A stretch of DNA of 61,755 bases. Origin: Rhizobacter sp. GTDB taxonomy: Bacteria; Pseudomonadota; Gammaproteobacteria; Burkholderiales; Burkholderiaceae_C. Below, one piece after another: positions 47,447 through 57,324 of the stretch. Within the stretch, counting starts at the first letter, position 1. Every line of letters starts with the position of its first letter. The stretch is from contig JAYTYH010000337.1 of assembly GCA_043742485.1 (NCBI GenBank), forward strand, positions 1 to 61,755, in the 5' to 3' direction. Both the position numbers and the translations under genes were made by a program. The notes below the pieces were generated by a model. That model did not search any database. It was given only the letters and a program-made list of their open reading frames with translations, and was not told the origin of the DNA.

Positions 47447-48445
47447 TCAGGGCGGCGCGAGAGACGGGCTGGCGACGCTGCCATCGGCAATCCTGGCCGC
47501 AGCCGCTTCGGCCAGTCTTACCACCTGCGCGGTGGCGTCGGCGGTGTCGCAGGCCACGACCTGGCGCCACGGCATCGAGCGCAGCCAGGTCAGCTGGCGC
47601 TTGGCGAGCTGGCGCGTCGCCGCGGTGGCGGTGGCGCTCAGGTGCGAGAGGTCGCCGGCCTCGAGCGCCTGCCAGGCCTGCCGGTAGCCGACGGCGCGCA
47701 TCGAAGGCATGTCCGCGGCCAGGTCGCCGCGGGCACGCAGGCCACGCACTTCGTCGACGAAGCCGGCGCCGAGCATCGCCGCGAAGCGCGCCTCGATGCG
47801 CGCGTGCAGCCAGCCGCGGTCGGCCGGCTCGAGCGCGATGAGCGGTGGCTGCAGGCCGGCGCGCGTGCCGGTGTGCCACTCGGAGAGCGGCTTGCCGCTG
47901 AGGCGATGGACCTCGAGCGCGCGCTGGATGCGCTGGCTGTCGAGCGGTGCGATGCGGACCGCCGACGCCGGGTCGACGCGCTGCAGTTCGTCGTGCAGCG
48001 AAGGCCAGCCGTGCGCGGCGGCCTGGGCGTCGAGTTCGGCGCGCACGGCGGCATTGGCGCCGGGCAGGGCGTCGAGGCCGTCGAACAGCGCCTTAAAGTA
48101 CAGCATCGTGCCGCCGGCGAGCAAGGGCAACGCGCCGCGGCCGCGGATGGCCGCGATCTCGCGGCGCGCGTCGGCGACGAAGCGCGCCGCCGAATAGCGC
48201 TCGGCCGCATCGATGATGTCGATGAGATGGTGCGGCACCGCGGCCTGCTCCGCGGCGCCGGGCTTGGCCGTGCCGATGCTCATGCCGCGATAGACGATGG
48301 CCGAGTCGACGCTGACGATCTCGACGGCGGTGCGGCGCGACAGCCGCTCGGCGATGGCGAGGGCGGCGGCGCTCTTGCCCGAGGCGGTCGGGCCGGCGAG
48401 GCAGAGCACGAACGAGAGGTCGTCGTCGGAGTCGGCCACGGGCAT
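47447..48445 (-). CDS. miaA: tRNA dimethylallyltransferase
   Basis: [37 protein letters not shown]. Confidence 0.96.
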   Translation of the reverse strand: MPVADSDDDLSFVLCLAGPTASGKSAAALAIAERLSRRTAVEIVSVDSAIVYRGMSIGTAKPGAAEQAAVPHHLIDIIDAAERYSAARFVADARREIAAIRGRGALPLLAGGTMLYFKALFDGLDALPGANAAVRAELDAQAAAHGWPSLHDELQRVDPASAVRIAPLDSQRIQRALEVHRLSGKPLSEWHTGTRAGLQPPLIALEPADRGWLHARIEARFAAMLGAGFVDEVRGLRARGDLAADMPSMRAVGYRQAWQALEAGDLSHLSATATAATRQLAKRQLTWLRSMPWRQVVACDTADATAQVVRLAEAAAARIADGSVASPSLAPP

Positions 48446-48598
48446 ACGATGAGGGTAGCAGGGGCGATCGTTCCGGCGCCGCGGTAGGAGCGAACCGACA
48501 GGCCGCCGGCTTCGCTGCCGATGGCAGCCGCCGGTGCTGCGGCCAGACTCTCGCCAGCTTCGAAGCGCTCAGCCCCTCAACCGATTGCAAGGCCTGTC

Positions 48599-48751
48599 AT
48601 GAACCTCCACCTCTCCATCGGCCCGCTGGTCGCACTGATCGCCGGTGTCCTCATCCTGGTCGCACCGCGGCTGCTCAACTTCATCGTCGCCATCTACCTG
48701 ATCGTGATCGGGCTGCTCGGCCTGTTCGGCGGCAGCATGAATCTGCACTAG
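48599..48751 (+). CDS. DUF3096 small membrane protein
   Basis: LVALIAGVLILVAPRLLNFIVAIYLI. Confidence 0.8.
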   Translation: MNLHLSIGPLVALIAGVLILVAPRLLNFIVAIYLIVIGLLGLFGGSMNLH

Positions 48752-49548
48752 CCCGCAGGGCTGGCCGGCGGCGGCCGCGGCACGAAGCTCTCGTCCATGC
48801 GCAGATAGCGCCAGGCGCCGGCGGGCAAGGCGCCGAGCATGACGACGCCGATGCGCACGCGCTTCAGGCCGAGCACCTGCAGGCCGACGAGCTCGCACAT
48901 ACGACGGATCTGCCGTTTCTTGCCTTCGCGCAGCACGAAGCGAAGCTGGTCGTCGTTGGCCCATTCGACGAAGGCGGGCCTGAGTGGCTGCTCGTCGAGC
49001 ACGAGACCGTGGTTGAGCAGCGCCAGGCCGGCCGGCGTGAGCGGCTGGCCCGGCGGGGCAGCGACGCGCACGAGGTACTCCTTTTCGAGGTCGTTGTCCT
49101 CGCCGATGAGCTGCTTGGCCATGCGACCGTCCTGCGTGAGCACGAGCAGGCCGACGGAGTCGATGTCGAGCCGGCCGGCCGGTACCAGGCTGCGCAGATG
49201 CTGCGGCACGAAGCGGATGCCGGAGCGGTCTTCGCGCCACTGCCGATCGGGCGTGACGAGCACCCGCGCCGGCTTGTAGTTGTCTTCGGCCTGGCCGCTG
49301 ACGTAGCCGACCGGCTTGTTGAGCAGCACCGTGACGAGTTGCGCCTGCGCGTTGCGCGCTCTGGCGTCGATGGTGATGTGCTGGCCGACGACGACGCGCG
49401 AGCCGAGCTCGCTGACGACGCGGCCGTCGACGCGAACCCAGCCGCGCGCGATCCATTCGTCGGCCTCGCGGCGCGAAGCGATGCCGAGCTCGCTCATGCG
49501 CTTCGAGAGCCGCATGCTGCCGTCGCTGTGTCCGGAGGTATTCGTCAT
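48748..49548 (-). CDS. RsuA-family rRNA pseudouridine synthase (S4 domain, RluF-like)
   Basis: RLSKRMSELGIASRREAD, LNKPVG, GRLD, EGKKRQIRRM. Confidence 0.9.
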   Translation of the reverse strand: MTNTSGHSDGSMRLSKRMSELGIASRREADEWIARGWVRVDGRVVSELGSRVVVGQHITIDARARNAQAQLVTVLLNKPVGYVSGQAEDNYKPARVLVTPDRQWREDRSGIRFVPQHLRSLVPAGRLDIDSVGLLVLTQDGRMAKQLIGEDNDLEKEYLVRVAAPPGQPLTPAGLALLNHGLVLDEQPLRPAFVEWANDDQLRFVLREGKKRQIRRMCELVGLQVLGLKRVRIGVVMLGALPAGAWRYLRMDESFVPRPPPASPAG

Positions 49549-51335
49549 CGGCCGCGCCAGAAAAGTCGGTCGAGCTCCTGGGCGCTGATCTGGCGCCAGG
49601 TCGGTCGGCCGTGGTTGCATTGGTCGCTCCGTTCGGTGCGTTCCATGTCGCGCAGCAGCGCATTCATTTCGGTGATCGTCAGGGCACGGTTGGCGCGGAC
49701 GGCGCCGTGGCAGGCCATCGTCGACAGCAGCTCGTCGCGGGCGCGCGCCATCGCTTCGCTGGCGCCGACCTCGGCGAGCTCGGCGAGGACCTGACGCGCC
49801 AGCTCGACCGGATCGGCGCCGGTGAGCGCGGCCGGGAACGAGCGCAGCGCCAGCGTGCCGGCGCCGAGCGGCGTCAGGTCGAGGCCGAGCGTGCGCAGCG
49901 TCTCGACATGCGCTTCGGTGGTCGCGATCTCGTCGGCGCTGGCCGCGAAAGTCACCGGGATGAGCAGCGGCTGCTGCTGCACGCCGGCGCTGCCGAGGCT
50001 GGCCTTGAGGCGCTCGTAGACGATGCGCTCGTGGGCCGCGTGCATGTCGACGATGACCAGGCCGGCGGCGTTCTCGGCGAGCACGAAGGCGCCGGCGATC
50101 TGCGCAAGGGCGCGGCCGAGCGGCCACTCGTGCTCGTCGGGCGCGCGCCGATCGTCGGGCCTGTCGGCGACGAGAGGCGAGGGCGGCGCCGACGCCGACG
50201 CCACGCGCCACGGCGACGCCGGCTCGGCCGCGACCAGCGCGGCGCCCGGCCACGACAGCGGCCGCTGCCCGACGGGCATCGTCGCGACCGCAGCCGCGTC
50301 TTCCGCAACGCCGACGACGATCGCCGCCCGCGGCAGCGCCAGCGCCGCCACCACCGCCTTGCGGACCGCCTGATGGACCTCGCGCGAGTCGCGAAAGCGG
50401 ACCTCGACCTTGGTCGGGTGGACGTTGACGTCGACGCGTTCCGGCGCCACCTCGACGAACAGCAGATAGGCCGGCTGACGGCCGCCATGAAGCACGTCGT
50501 CGTAGGCCGAGCGGACGGCGTGGCCGATCAGCTTGTCGCGCACGTGGCGGCCGTTGACGTAGACGTATTGCAGGTCGGCGCGCGAGCGGGCCGACTCGGG
50601 CGTGCCGGCATGGCCGGCGATCACGAAGCCGCCGAGGTCGACGCCGACGGCGCGGCTCTGGGCGATGAATTCGGCGCCGAGGACGTCGTGGGTGCGGCTG
50701 GCGACGCCGGCCGCGGCCCAGCGGGCGACGAGCTTGCCGTCGTGCCAGACCGCGAAGCCGACTCCGGCGCGCACGAGCGCGTGCCGGCGCACAGCCTCGA
50801 CGCAATGGCCGAGCTCGGTCGATTCGGTCTTCAGGAACTTGCGCCGCGCCGGCGTGTTGAAGAACAGCTCGCGCACCTCGACCGTGGTACCGATGCCGCG
50901 CGCCGCCGCGGTGAGCTCGCCGCTGCGCGCGTCGAGCCGCGTCGCGTGCGCTGCGCCGGCGGTGCGGCTGACGAGCGTCACCTCGGCCACCGAAGCGATC
51001 GCTGCCAGCGCCTCGCCGCGAAAGCCCATCGTCGCCACGCCTTCGAGCTCGGCCAGCGAAAAGATCTTGCTGGTGGCGTGACGGCGCAATGCGACCGCGA
51101 GCTCGCTGGCCGGAATGCCGTGGCCGTCGTCCTCGACGGCGATGCTCCGGATGCCGCCGCCGACCAGGCGCACGACGATGTTCGCGGCGCCGGCATCGAC
51201 GGCGTTGTCGACGAGCTCGCGCACCACCGACGCCGGTCGCTCGACGACCTCGCCAGCGGCGATCTGACTGATCAGTTCGCTCGGCAACTCGCGGATGGGC
51301 CGATGCAAGCGCGGTTCGAGCACGGCATTCATCAC
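49545..51335 (-). CDS. mutL: DNA mismatch repair protein MutL
   Basis: IAAGEVVERP, GFRGEAL, DVNVHPTK, DMHAAHER, CNHGRP. Confidence 0.97.
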   Translation of the reverse strand: MMNAVLEPRLHRPIRELPSELISQIAAGEVVERPASVVRELVDNAVDAGAANIVVRLVGGGIRSIAVEDDGHGIPASELAVALRRHATSKIFSLAELEGVATMGFRGEALAAIASVAEVTLVSRTAGAAHATRLDARSGELTAAARGIGTTVEVRELFFNTPARRKFLKTESTELGHCVEAVRRHALVRAGVGFAVWHDGKLVARWAAAGVASRTHDVLGAEFIAQSRAVGVDLGGFVIAGHAGTPESARSRADLQYVYVNGRHVRDKLIGHAVRSAYDDVLHGGRQPAYLLFVEVAPERVDVNVHPTKVEVRFRDSREVHQAVRKAVVAALALPRAAIVVGVAEDAAAVATMPVGQRPLSWPGAALVAAEPASPWRVASASAPPSPLVADRPDDRRAPDEHEWPLGRALAQIAGAFVLAENAAGLVIVDMHAAHERIVYERLKASLGSAGVQQQPLLIPVTFAASADEIATTEAHVETLRTLGLDLTPLGAGTLALRSFPAALTGADPVELARQVLAELAEVGASEAMARARDELLSTMACHGAVRANRALTITEMNALLRDMERTERSDQCNHGRPTWRQISAQELDRLFWRGR

Positions 51336-51401
51336 GCCATTGTAGAAAGCCGCCGTTACTCCGGCGATCGAGGCCCGGCACCGCGTGTTAGCTTCCGAGC
51401 G

Positions 51402-52727
51402 ATGAACGACGTGACTGCGGTTGAGGCTGTCGCCGAGGCGGAATCACCGGCCTTCCTGCAGGCCGTCGTCGAGCTCGGCGCCAGGCGCCCGATCACGACA
51501 TCGCAGCCGATCTACAACGCCCAGGGCGTCAAGCTGCTCGAAGGCGGCGTCGCCATCGATCAGGGTCTGTACGACCGGCTGGTCTCGCACCGGCTGGCCT
51601 TGCCGCTCGACGAATGCGTCGACACCGGCGGCGGCCTCGACGGTGCCGCACTGCGTGAAGCGGCACTGGCGGTGATCGAGCGCCTGCCCTTCTTCGCGCG
51701 GGCGGTGCCGGCCGGTGCCGCCCGCAATCTCGTCCTCGACGCCATCGCCGATGTCGCGCTGCCGAGGCCGGTGGCCCTGCACCTCGAGCTGGCGCGCGAG
51801 ACACGACCGGCGTTGTTCGAGCACGGCATCCTGATGGCGCTGCTGGCGGCCCACCTGGCCCGCGACGGTGGTGCCGGCCGCTTCGGCATCGGCCTCGCCG
51901 CCACGGCCGGGCTGCTGCACGACCTCGGCATGCTTCACATCGACGCTGAGCTGCTCGACTCCGACGACCGCCTCAGCGGTGACCGGCTGCGGCCGGTCTA
52001 CGTGCATCCGCTCACGACCTCGATGCTGGTCGACCGCTTCGCCGAGTACCCGAAGGAAGTCGTGCGCGCCATCGTCGAGCACCACGAACGGCTCGACGGC
52101 TCCGGCTATCCGCGCGGCCTCGTCGGCGCCGCCATGAGCCCGCTCGGCCGGACGCTGGCGTTGGCCGAGGTCGTGACCGCGATGTTCGACGGCGAGCGCC
52201 TGCACCCGGAGCAACGCGTCTCGCTGCTGCTCCGCGTCAACCCGCGTCGCTACGACCCGAAGGGCGTCGCCGCCATCCACAAGCTGCTCGCCGGTGCCCC
52301 GGTGCCGGCCGAGGCCGAAGTGATGGCCGCCGAGCCGCTGATCGAGCGCCTGCTGAAGGCCGCCGGGGTGCTCGCCGCCTGGCCTGCCACCGGTGCCGCA
52401 CTGGCCGCCGACAGCGGTGGCGGGCAGGCGCCGTTGCTGCAATCGATGAACGAGCAGAACGCGACCCTGCAGCGCATGCTGCACGACGCCGGCATCACCG
52501 AAGGGCAACTGCGTTCGCTCGGCGAAGAAGCCGCCGACGACATCGCCTTTCGGGTCGAGCTGTGGACGCTCGCCGAGGAGCTGCTCTGGCAACTGCATGC
52601 CGCCGCCAATCAGCTCGAACGGCGCTGGACGGCGGACGAAGCCGTTGCGCGCCACCCGCCGGCACTGACCGCCTGGCTGGACGCGGTGGCCGCGCTCGAC
52701 GACACCGAAGTCTCTTCGCCGTCGTGA
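51402..52727 (+). CDS. HD-GYP domain protein
   Basis: LLHDLG, HP, HHERLDGSGYPRGL. Confidence 0.85.
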   Translation: MNDVTAVEAVAEAESPAFLQAVVELGARRPITTSQPIYNAQGVKLLEGGVAIDQGLYDRLVSHRLALPLDECVDTGGGLDGAALREAALAVIERLPFFARAVPAGAARNLVLDAIADVALPRPVALHLELARETRPALFEHGILMALLAAHLARDGGAGRFGIGLAATAGLLHDLGMLHIDAELLDSDDRLSGDRLRPVYVHPLTTSMLVDRFAEYPKEVVRAIVEHHERLDGSGYPRGLVGAAMSPLGRTLALAEVVTAMFDGERLHPEQRVSLLLRVNPRRYDPKGVAAIHKLLAGAPVPAEAEVMAAEPLIERLLKAAGVLAAWPATGAALAADSGGGQAPLLQSMNEQNATLQRMLHDAGITEGQLRSLGEEAADDIAFRVELWTLAEELLWQLHAAANQLERRWTADEAVARHPPALTAWLDAVAALDDTEVSSPS

Positions 52728-52776
52728 TCGAGCCGGTGGGCATGGGCCACGCGAGCCTCTCACCATAATCGCGGCT

Positions 52777-53421
52777 ATGGAAATGATCGGCTCCGTTCTC
52801 GATTTCGTGCTGCACGTCGACGTGCACCTCGCCACCTTCGTGCGGGCCTACGGCGCCTGGGTCTACGCGCTGCTGTTCCTCATCATCTTCGTCGAGACCG
52901 GCATGGTGGTGATGCCGTTCCTGCCCGGCGACTCGCAGCTGTTCGTGGTCGGCGCCATGTGCGCTGCTGGCCTGATGAGCCTGCCGCTGGTGCTCGGCCT
53001 GCTCTGGCTGGCAGCGGTGCTCGGCAACCAGAGCAACTACGCGATCGGGCGCCGCCTCGGTCCACGCGTGTTCAAGTGGGAGAGCTCGCGCTGGTTCAAC
53101 CGCAAGGCCTTCGACCAAGCCCACGCGTTCTACGAGAAGTACGGCGGCGTCACCATCGTGGCGGCGCGCTTCATGCCGTTCCTTCGCACCTTCGCGCCGT
53201 TCGTGGCCGGCGTCGCGCAGATGACGCGGCGCCGCTTCACCTTCTACGACGTTGTCGGCGGTGCCTTGTGGGTCGGCGGCGTCACGGTGGCCGGCTATCT
53301 GTTCGGCAACATCCCGTGGGTCAAGGAAAACCTCGACAAGATCATCTGGGCAGCGATCCTGTTGCCCGGCCTGCTGGTGATCGCCGGCGCCCTCCGCTCG
53401 CGCGCCAAGCCGGTGGCCTGA
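52777..53421 (+). CDS. dedA: DedA-family membrane protein
   Basis: FVETG..PFLPGDS, ARFMPFLRTFAPFVAG. Confidence 0.92.
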   Translation: MEMIGSVLDFVLHVDVHLATFVRAYGAWVYALLFLIIFVETGMVVMPFLPGDSQLFVVGAMCAAGLMSLPLVLGLLWLAAVLGNQSNYAIGRRLGPRVFKWESSRWFNRKAFDQAHAFYEKYGGVTIVAARFMPFLRTFAPFVAGVAQMTRRRFTFYDVVGGALWVGGVTVAGYLFGNIPWVKENLDKIIWAAILLPGLLVIAGALRSRAKPVA

Positions 53422-53430
53422 CGAAGCGGC

Positions 53431-53694
53431 TCAGTCCGCGCGCTGCGGGATCGGCAGGGCCAGCTGCTCGCCGACGGTCTCGGGTCTCATCAGGCGCCAG
53501 TGCCCGCGCGTGCTCATGTCGACGACGAGCGGCGCCACCTCGTCGGCATGCGCCGAAGGATTGACGGCGAGAGCACGAGCGACGCATCGCTCGATCCACT
53601 CGGAGGTGCTGCGCACGTAGTCGATGTCGGCGTCGTCGAGTCGGCAGACGAGACGAAATGTCTTCTCGAATGGGTCTTCGGGCGATTCGGGCAT
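53431..53694 (-). CDS. Small hypothetical protein
   Basis: 87 aa ORF with balanced composition between genes; no motif recognised. Confidence 0.55.
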   Translation of the reverse strand: MPESPEDPFEKTFRLVCRLDDADIDYVRSTSEWIERCVARALAVNPSAHADEVAPLVVDMSTRGHWRLMRPETVGEQLALPIPQRAD

Positions 53695-53800
53695 GGCGCG
53701 ACGTTGTAGCGTTTTCCGTGCACTCGTGCCCGTCGCCGTGGCGCGAATGCCAACCTGCCGCGCAATCTTTCACGCGCCGGCAGGCCGCCGGCGAAACCGA

Positions 53801-54511
53801 TCAACGCATGGTGTAGCCGCGGCCGTCCATGCAGGCGTAGGTGGCGCGCTGAAAGACGCTCGCATCGGCCATCGCGCCTTGCTGCGTCGTCGCCCAGCGG
53901 TTGCAGTCACGGCGGTCGCTCTCGAGCGCGGCCGCGGTCTGGCCGTTGCGCGGATAGAAGATCGGCTCGGCCTGCCGCGACGCCTGCGGCACCGGCTGGC
54001 CCGAGCGCAGGACGCGACCCTCGAACGGCGGATCGACGGCGACGTAGGCCGGCCGCGACGGCACCACGACGACCTCGGGCGAACCGTAGGTATCGTAGGT
54101 GCCGTAGGTGCCGTAGGTGCCGTCGTAGGTGTCGCCGCCGTAGGCGCCATAGCCACCGTAGTAGCCGCGGTCGTAGTTGCTGTACGCAATGGCGCCCAGG
54201 CCGAGACCGAGGCCGATGCCGCCCCAGACCACGCCCGGCCCCCAGTAGCCGCGGTGACCCCAGTAGCCGCCACGGTAGCCGCCGTAATAGCTGCCGTAAT
54301 AGCTGCCGTAATAGCTGCCGCGGTAGCCACCGTGACCGTAGCCGCCGCGATAGTCGCCGCCGTGGAAGGCGCTGCCCGGGGCCCCGCCGCGGCCCGAGAA
54401 ACTGCTGCCACGGTCGCCGCCGTGGCCGGGTGCGGCCTCGGCGATCGGTGCGACGAGGGAAGCGCCGGCGAACGCCGAGGCCAAGACGAGCGAGCGAGTC
54501 AGTGTGTTCAT
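53801..54511 (-). CDS. Secreted Gly/Tyr-rich protein with C-terminal Cys pair
   Basis: Signal peptide from MNTLTRS, GY/YYGS repeats, FYPRNGQ...DRRDC...ACMDGRGYT. Confidence 0.75.
   Translation of the reverse strand: MNTLTRSLVLASAFAGASLVAPIAEAAPGHGGDRGSSFSGRGGAPGSAFHGGDYRGGYGHGGYRGSYYGSYYGSYYGGYRGGYWGHRGYWGPGVVWGGIGLGLGLGAIAYSNYDRGYYGGYGAYGGDTYDGTYGTYGTYDTYGSPEVVVVPSRPAYVAVDPPFEGRVLRSGQPVPQASRQAEPIFYPRNGQTAAALESDRRDCNRWATTQQGAMADASVFQRATYACMDGRGYTMR
54086..54121. repeat. 9-bp tandem repeat (GTAGGTGCC) x4, in frame
   Basis: Directly visible; the first unit is imperfect (GTAGGTATC). Confidence 0.8.
54281..54320. repeat. 12-bp tandem repeat (GCCGTAATAGCT) x3.3, in frame
   Basis: Directly visible; encodes SYYG repeats. 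Confidence 0.85.
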
Positions 54512-54569
54512 TTGGCAACTCCTGGCGCATATCATGCGCGCTGTCGTTTTTACCCCAGGAGGAGCACCC

Positions 54570-54905
54570 ATGATCATTCGTACGTCTCTCGCTTTCGGAG
54601 CGCTCGCGCTCGCCGTCATCGCCATGCCGGTCGGCGCCGCGGAAACGGTCGGCGAGGCCGCTTCGTCGGCCGCCACCAAGACCGGCCATGCTGTCGCCAA
54701 TGCCGGCCGCAAGACCGGCCACGCCGTCGCCGGTGCGAGCCGCAAGGTCGGCCATGGCTTTGCCGAAACCGGTCGCGACGTCAAGGGCGCGGCCAAGGAA
54801 GAGGGCCATGCTGCCGCCGACTCCGGTCGCGCAGCGAAGAAGTCCGTGAAGCACGGTGCCAGGAAGGCCAAGGCCGCCGTCACGCCGGCCTCTTCTCCGA
54901 CGTGA
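54570..54905 (+). CDS. Small secreted LEA-like protein with KTGHA repeats
   Basis: RBS AGGAG, signal peptide, 11-residue periodic KTGHAV/KVGHG. Confidence 0.7.
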   Translation: MIIRTSLAFGALALAVIAMPVGAAETVGEAASSAATKTGHAVANAGRKTGHAVAGASRKVGHGFAETGRDVKGAAKEEGHAAADSGRAAKKSVKHGARKAKAAVTPASSPT

Positions 54906-54961
54906 ACGCGCCGACCTGATCGCAGAAGAAGAACGGGCGCCGCGCCTTAACGTTTCAACGT

Positions 54962-55909
54962 TTAACGCGCGAGCGCCTGCGCCATCTCGGCGGCGCACAG
55001 TGCCACCGCCGTGTTGGCTTCGTCGATGACCTTGCCCATGGTGATGAAGCCGTGGATCTGCCGCTCGAAGCAGATGTAGGTCGCTCGGTTGCCCGCCGCG
55101 ACCAGCGCATCGGCGTAGTCCAGCCCCTCGTCACGCAGCGGGTCGAAGCCGGCCGTAAGCACCAGCGCCGGCGCCAGCCTGCCCAGGTCGGGGTGCAGCA
55201 AGGGCGATGCACGCCAGTCGAGGTCGTGGGCGCTGTCGTCGATGTAGTGGTCGTGGTAGTAGGAGATGGTTTCGCGCGTGAGCAGATAGCCGGCACCGTT
55301 GACGGTGTGCGAGGCGTGGCCGCGACGCATGTCGGTGGCCGGGTAGATCAGCAGCTGCCAGGCGATGGCGAGGTCGCCCGTGTCGCGTGCCATCAGCGCC
55401 ACCACGGCCGCGAGATTGCCGCCAGCGCTGTCGCCGCCGACGGCCAGGCGCGAGGCATCGACGCCGAGCTCGCCAGCGTGATCGCGGACCCAGTACGTCG
55501 CCGCCAGGCAGTCGAGAACGGCGGCGGGGAAACGATCTTCGGGACCCATGCGGTAGTCGACCGAGACGACGGCGCAGTGCGAGGCGTTGGCGAGCTGGCG
55601 GCAGAGCACGTCGTGGGTGTCGAGGTCGCCGATGGTCCAGCCGCCGCCGTGGAAGTAGACGAGCACCGGTAGCGGCTGCGTATCGCCAGGGACGACAGGT
55701 GCCGGCTTGTACAAGCGCAGCGGAATGGCACCGTGCTCGCCTTCGGCAGCGAGCTCGCGCACGGTCTCGACCAGCGGCGCCGGCGGCTGTGTCAGGGCCC
55801 GGCGATCGCGATAGAAGGCGCGCGCCTCGACCGGCGTGAGCGTGTGCATGGGCGGCAGCTTGCGCAGCTCGATGAGATCGATCAAGGCCTGGGCCTGCGG
55901 ATGGAGCAT
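54962..55909 (-). CDS. HSL-family esterase/lipase (alpha/beta hydrolase)
   Basis: HGGG, GDSAGG, DPLRD, HGF. Confidence 0.92.
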   Translation of the reverse strand: MLHPQAQALIDLIELRKLPPMHTLTPVEARAFYRDRRALTQPPAPLVETVRELAAEGEHGAIPLRLYKPAPVVPGDTQPLPVLVYFHGGGWTIGDLDTHDVLCRQLANASHCAVVSVDYRMGPEDRFPAAVLDCLAATYWVRDHAGELGVDASRLAVGGDSAGGNLAAVVALMARDTGDLAIAWQLLIYPATDMRRGHASHTVNGAGYLLTRETISYYHDHYIDDSAHDLDWRASPLLHPDLGRLAPALVLTAGFDPLRDEGLDYADALVAAGNRATYICFERQIHGFITMGKVIDEANTAVALCAAEMAQALAR

Positions 55910-55938
55910 GGTGTGATGGCCTCGTGAGGGCTGCGATG

Positions 55939-57324
55939 TCAGAGCTGGCGCGACCGCGCCAGCGGCGGATTGCGCGCGAAGTAGCGCTGGATGCCGGTCG
56001 CCAGCGCCTCGACCAGCTGGACGCGGTATTCGGGATCGCGCAGCTTGGCCTCTTCGCCGGGGTTGGAGATGAACGCCGACTCGACCAAAATCGACGGGAT
56101 GTCGGGCGCCTTCAGCACCGCGAAGCTGGCCTGCTCGACGCTGCCCTTGTGCAGCTTGCCGACCTTGCCGATCTGGCCGAGCACCTCGCCGCCGAGCTTC
56201 ATGCTGTCCTTGATCTGCGCGGTGGTACTCATGTCGATCATCGTTCGCAGCACCGACTCGTCTTTGGCATGGACGTTGATGCCGCCGACGAGATCGGCGG
56301 CGTTCTCGCGATTGGCCATCCAGCGCGCCGCCGTGCTGGTGGCGCCGCCCTGGCTCAGCGCGAACACCGAGGCGCCACGCGCTTCCGGGTTCAGAAACGC
56401 GTCGGCATGAATCGACACGAACAGGTCGGCCGAGACGCGCCGCGCTTTCTTGACACGCTCGTGGAGCGGCACGAAGAAGTCGGCGTCGCGCGTCAGCATG
56501 GCGCGCATGTTCGGGTTGGCGTTGATGCGGTCGCGCAGCAGCATCGCGATGGCGAGGACGACGTCTTTCTCGCGCAGGCCGCTCGGGCCGATGGCGCCGG
56601 GATCTTCGCCGCCATGGCCGGGATCGAGGGCGACGACGACGAGGCGATCGATGCGGCTCTGCGCCGTCAGCGGCGGCAGCGCCGTGCCGACCGGCTCCTT
56701 GCCCGCTGGTGCCGGCGACGTTGCCGACGACGGCGCGGCGCGGGCCACGATCGGCGCCGAAGCGGCGTAGGGCGGCCTCGCGAGCACAGGCCCGTTGCCC
56801 ATGCGGCCGATGAATTCGCCGAGCGCGTCCTGCACGGCCTGTGCCGCGTTCGCTTCGGCGAGCTCCTTGTCGCGGATGAGGTCGAGCAGCGGATCGCGCT
56901 CGCGGGTCGGGTAAAGGTCGAAGACGAGGCGGTGCTGGTACGCGGCCACAGGCTCGAGCGCGAACAGCTGCGGCGCCGTCGGCTGCTTGAGGTCGATGAC
57001 GAGGCGGACGACGCGCGGCTGGTTCTGGCCGACGCGCACGCCGGCGATGAACGGATCGTCGGCGCGGACCTTGCCGACGAGGTCGCGCAGCTGCGGGCTG
57101 AGCTCGAGTCCATCGACGTCGATGACGAGCCGGTCGGGGCCGGCGGCGATGAAGTGGCGCGCCGTCAACGGTGCGTCCGACTCGATGGTGACGCGGGTGT
57201 ATTCGTCGGCCGGCCAGACGCGCACGGCCACGATCGAAGCGCCCCACGCAATGTCGCGGGCGCCCAGGCCGAGCGCCAGCGCGCCCATGCTGCGCAGCGC
57301 GGTGCGGCGGCCCGGCGAGGTCAT
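55939..57324 (-). CDS. amiC: N-acetylmuramoyl-L-alanine amidase with AMIN domain
   Basis: Tat-like RRTAL, VRVWPADEYTR, LDPGHGGEDPGA, SIHAD, ILVESAFISN. Confidence 0.92.
   Translation of the reverse strand: MTSPGRRTALRSMGALALGLGARDIAWGASIVAVRVWPADEYTRVTIESDAPLTARHFIAAGPDRLVIDVDGLELSPQLRDLVGKVRADDPFIAGVRVGQNQPRVVRLVIDLKQPTAPQLFALEPVAAYQHRLVFDLYPTRERDPLLDLIRDKELAEANAAQAVQDALGEFIGRMGNGPVLARPPYAASAPIVARAAPSSATSPAPAGKEPVGTALPPLTAQSRIDRLVVVALDPGHGGEDPGAIGPSGLREKDVVLAIAMLLRDRINANPNMRAMLTRDADFFVPLHERVKKARRVSADLFVSIHADAFLNPEARGASVFALSQGGATSTAARWMANRENAADLVGGINVHAKDESVLRTMIDMSTTAQIKDSMKLGGEVLGQIGKVGKLHKGSVEQASFAVLKAPDIPSILVESAFISNPGEEAKLRDPEYRVQLVEALATGIQRYFARNPPLARSRQL

Noticed and set aside
48748-51381. 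877-aa ORF suggesting an extended pseudouridine synthase
   Set aside because: The upstream part is an Arg-rich shadow frame of mutL; the true start is 49548.
49611-51401. Long N-terminal extension of the HD-GYP protein (1038 aa)
   Set aside because: It is antisense to mutL; stop-free frames are expected at this GC content.
52777-53421. DedA PGDSQLF instead of PGDSLLF
   Set aside because: A single substitution with the other motifs intact; not interpretable.
54086-54320. Short repeats as a CRISPR array
   Set aside because: Contiguous 9- and 12-bp in-frame coding repeats with no spacers and no cas genes.
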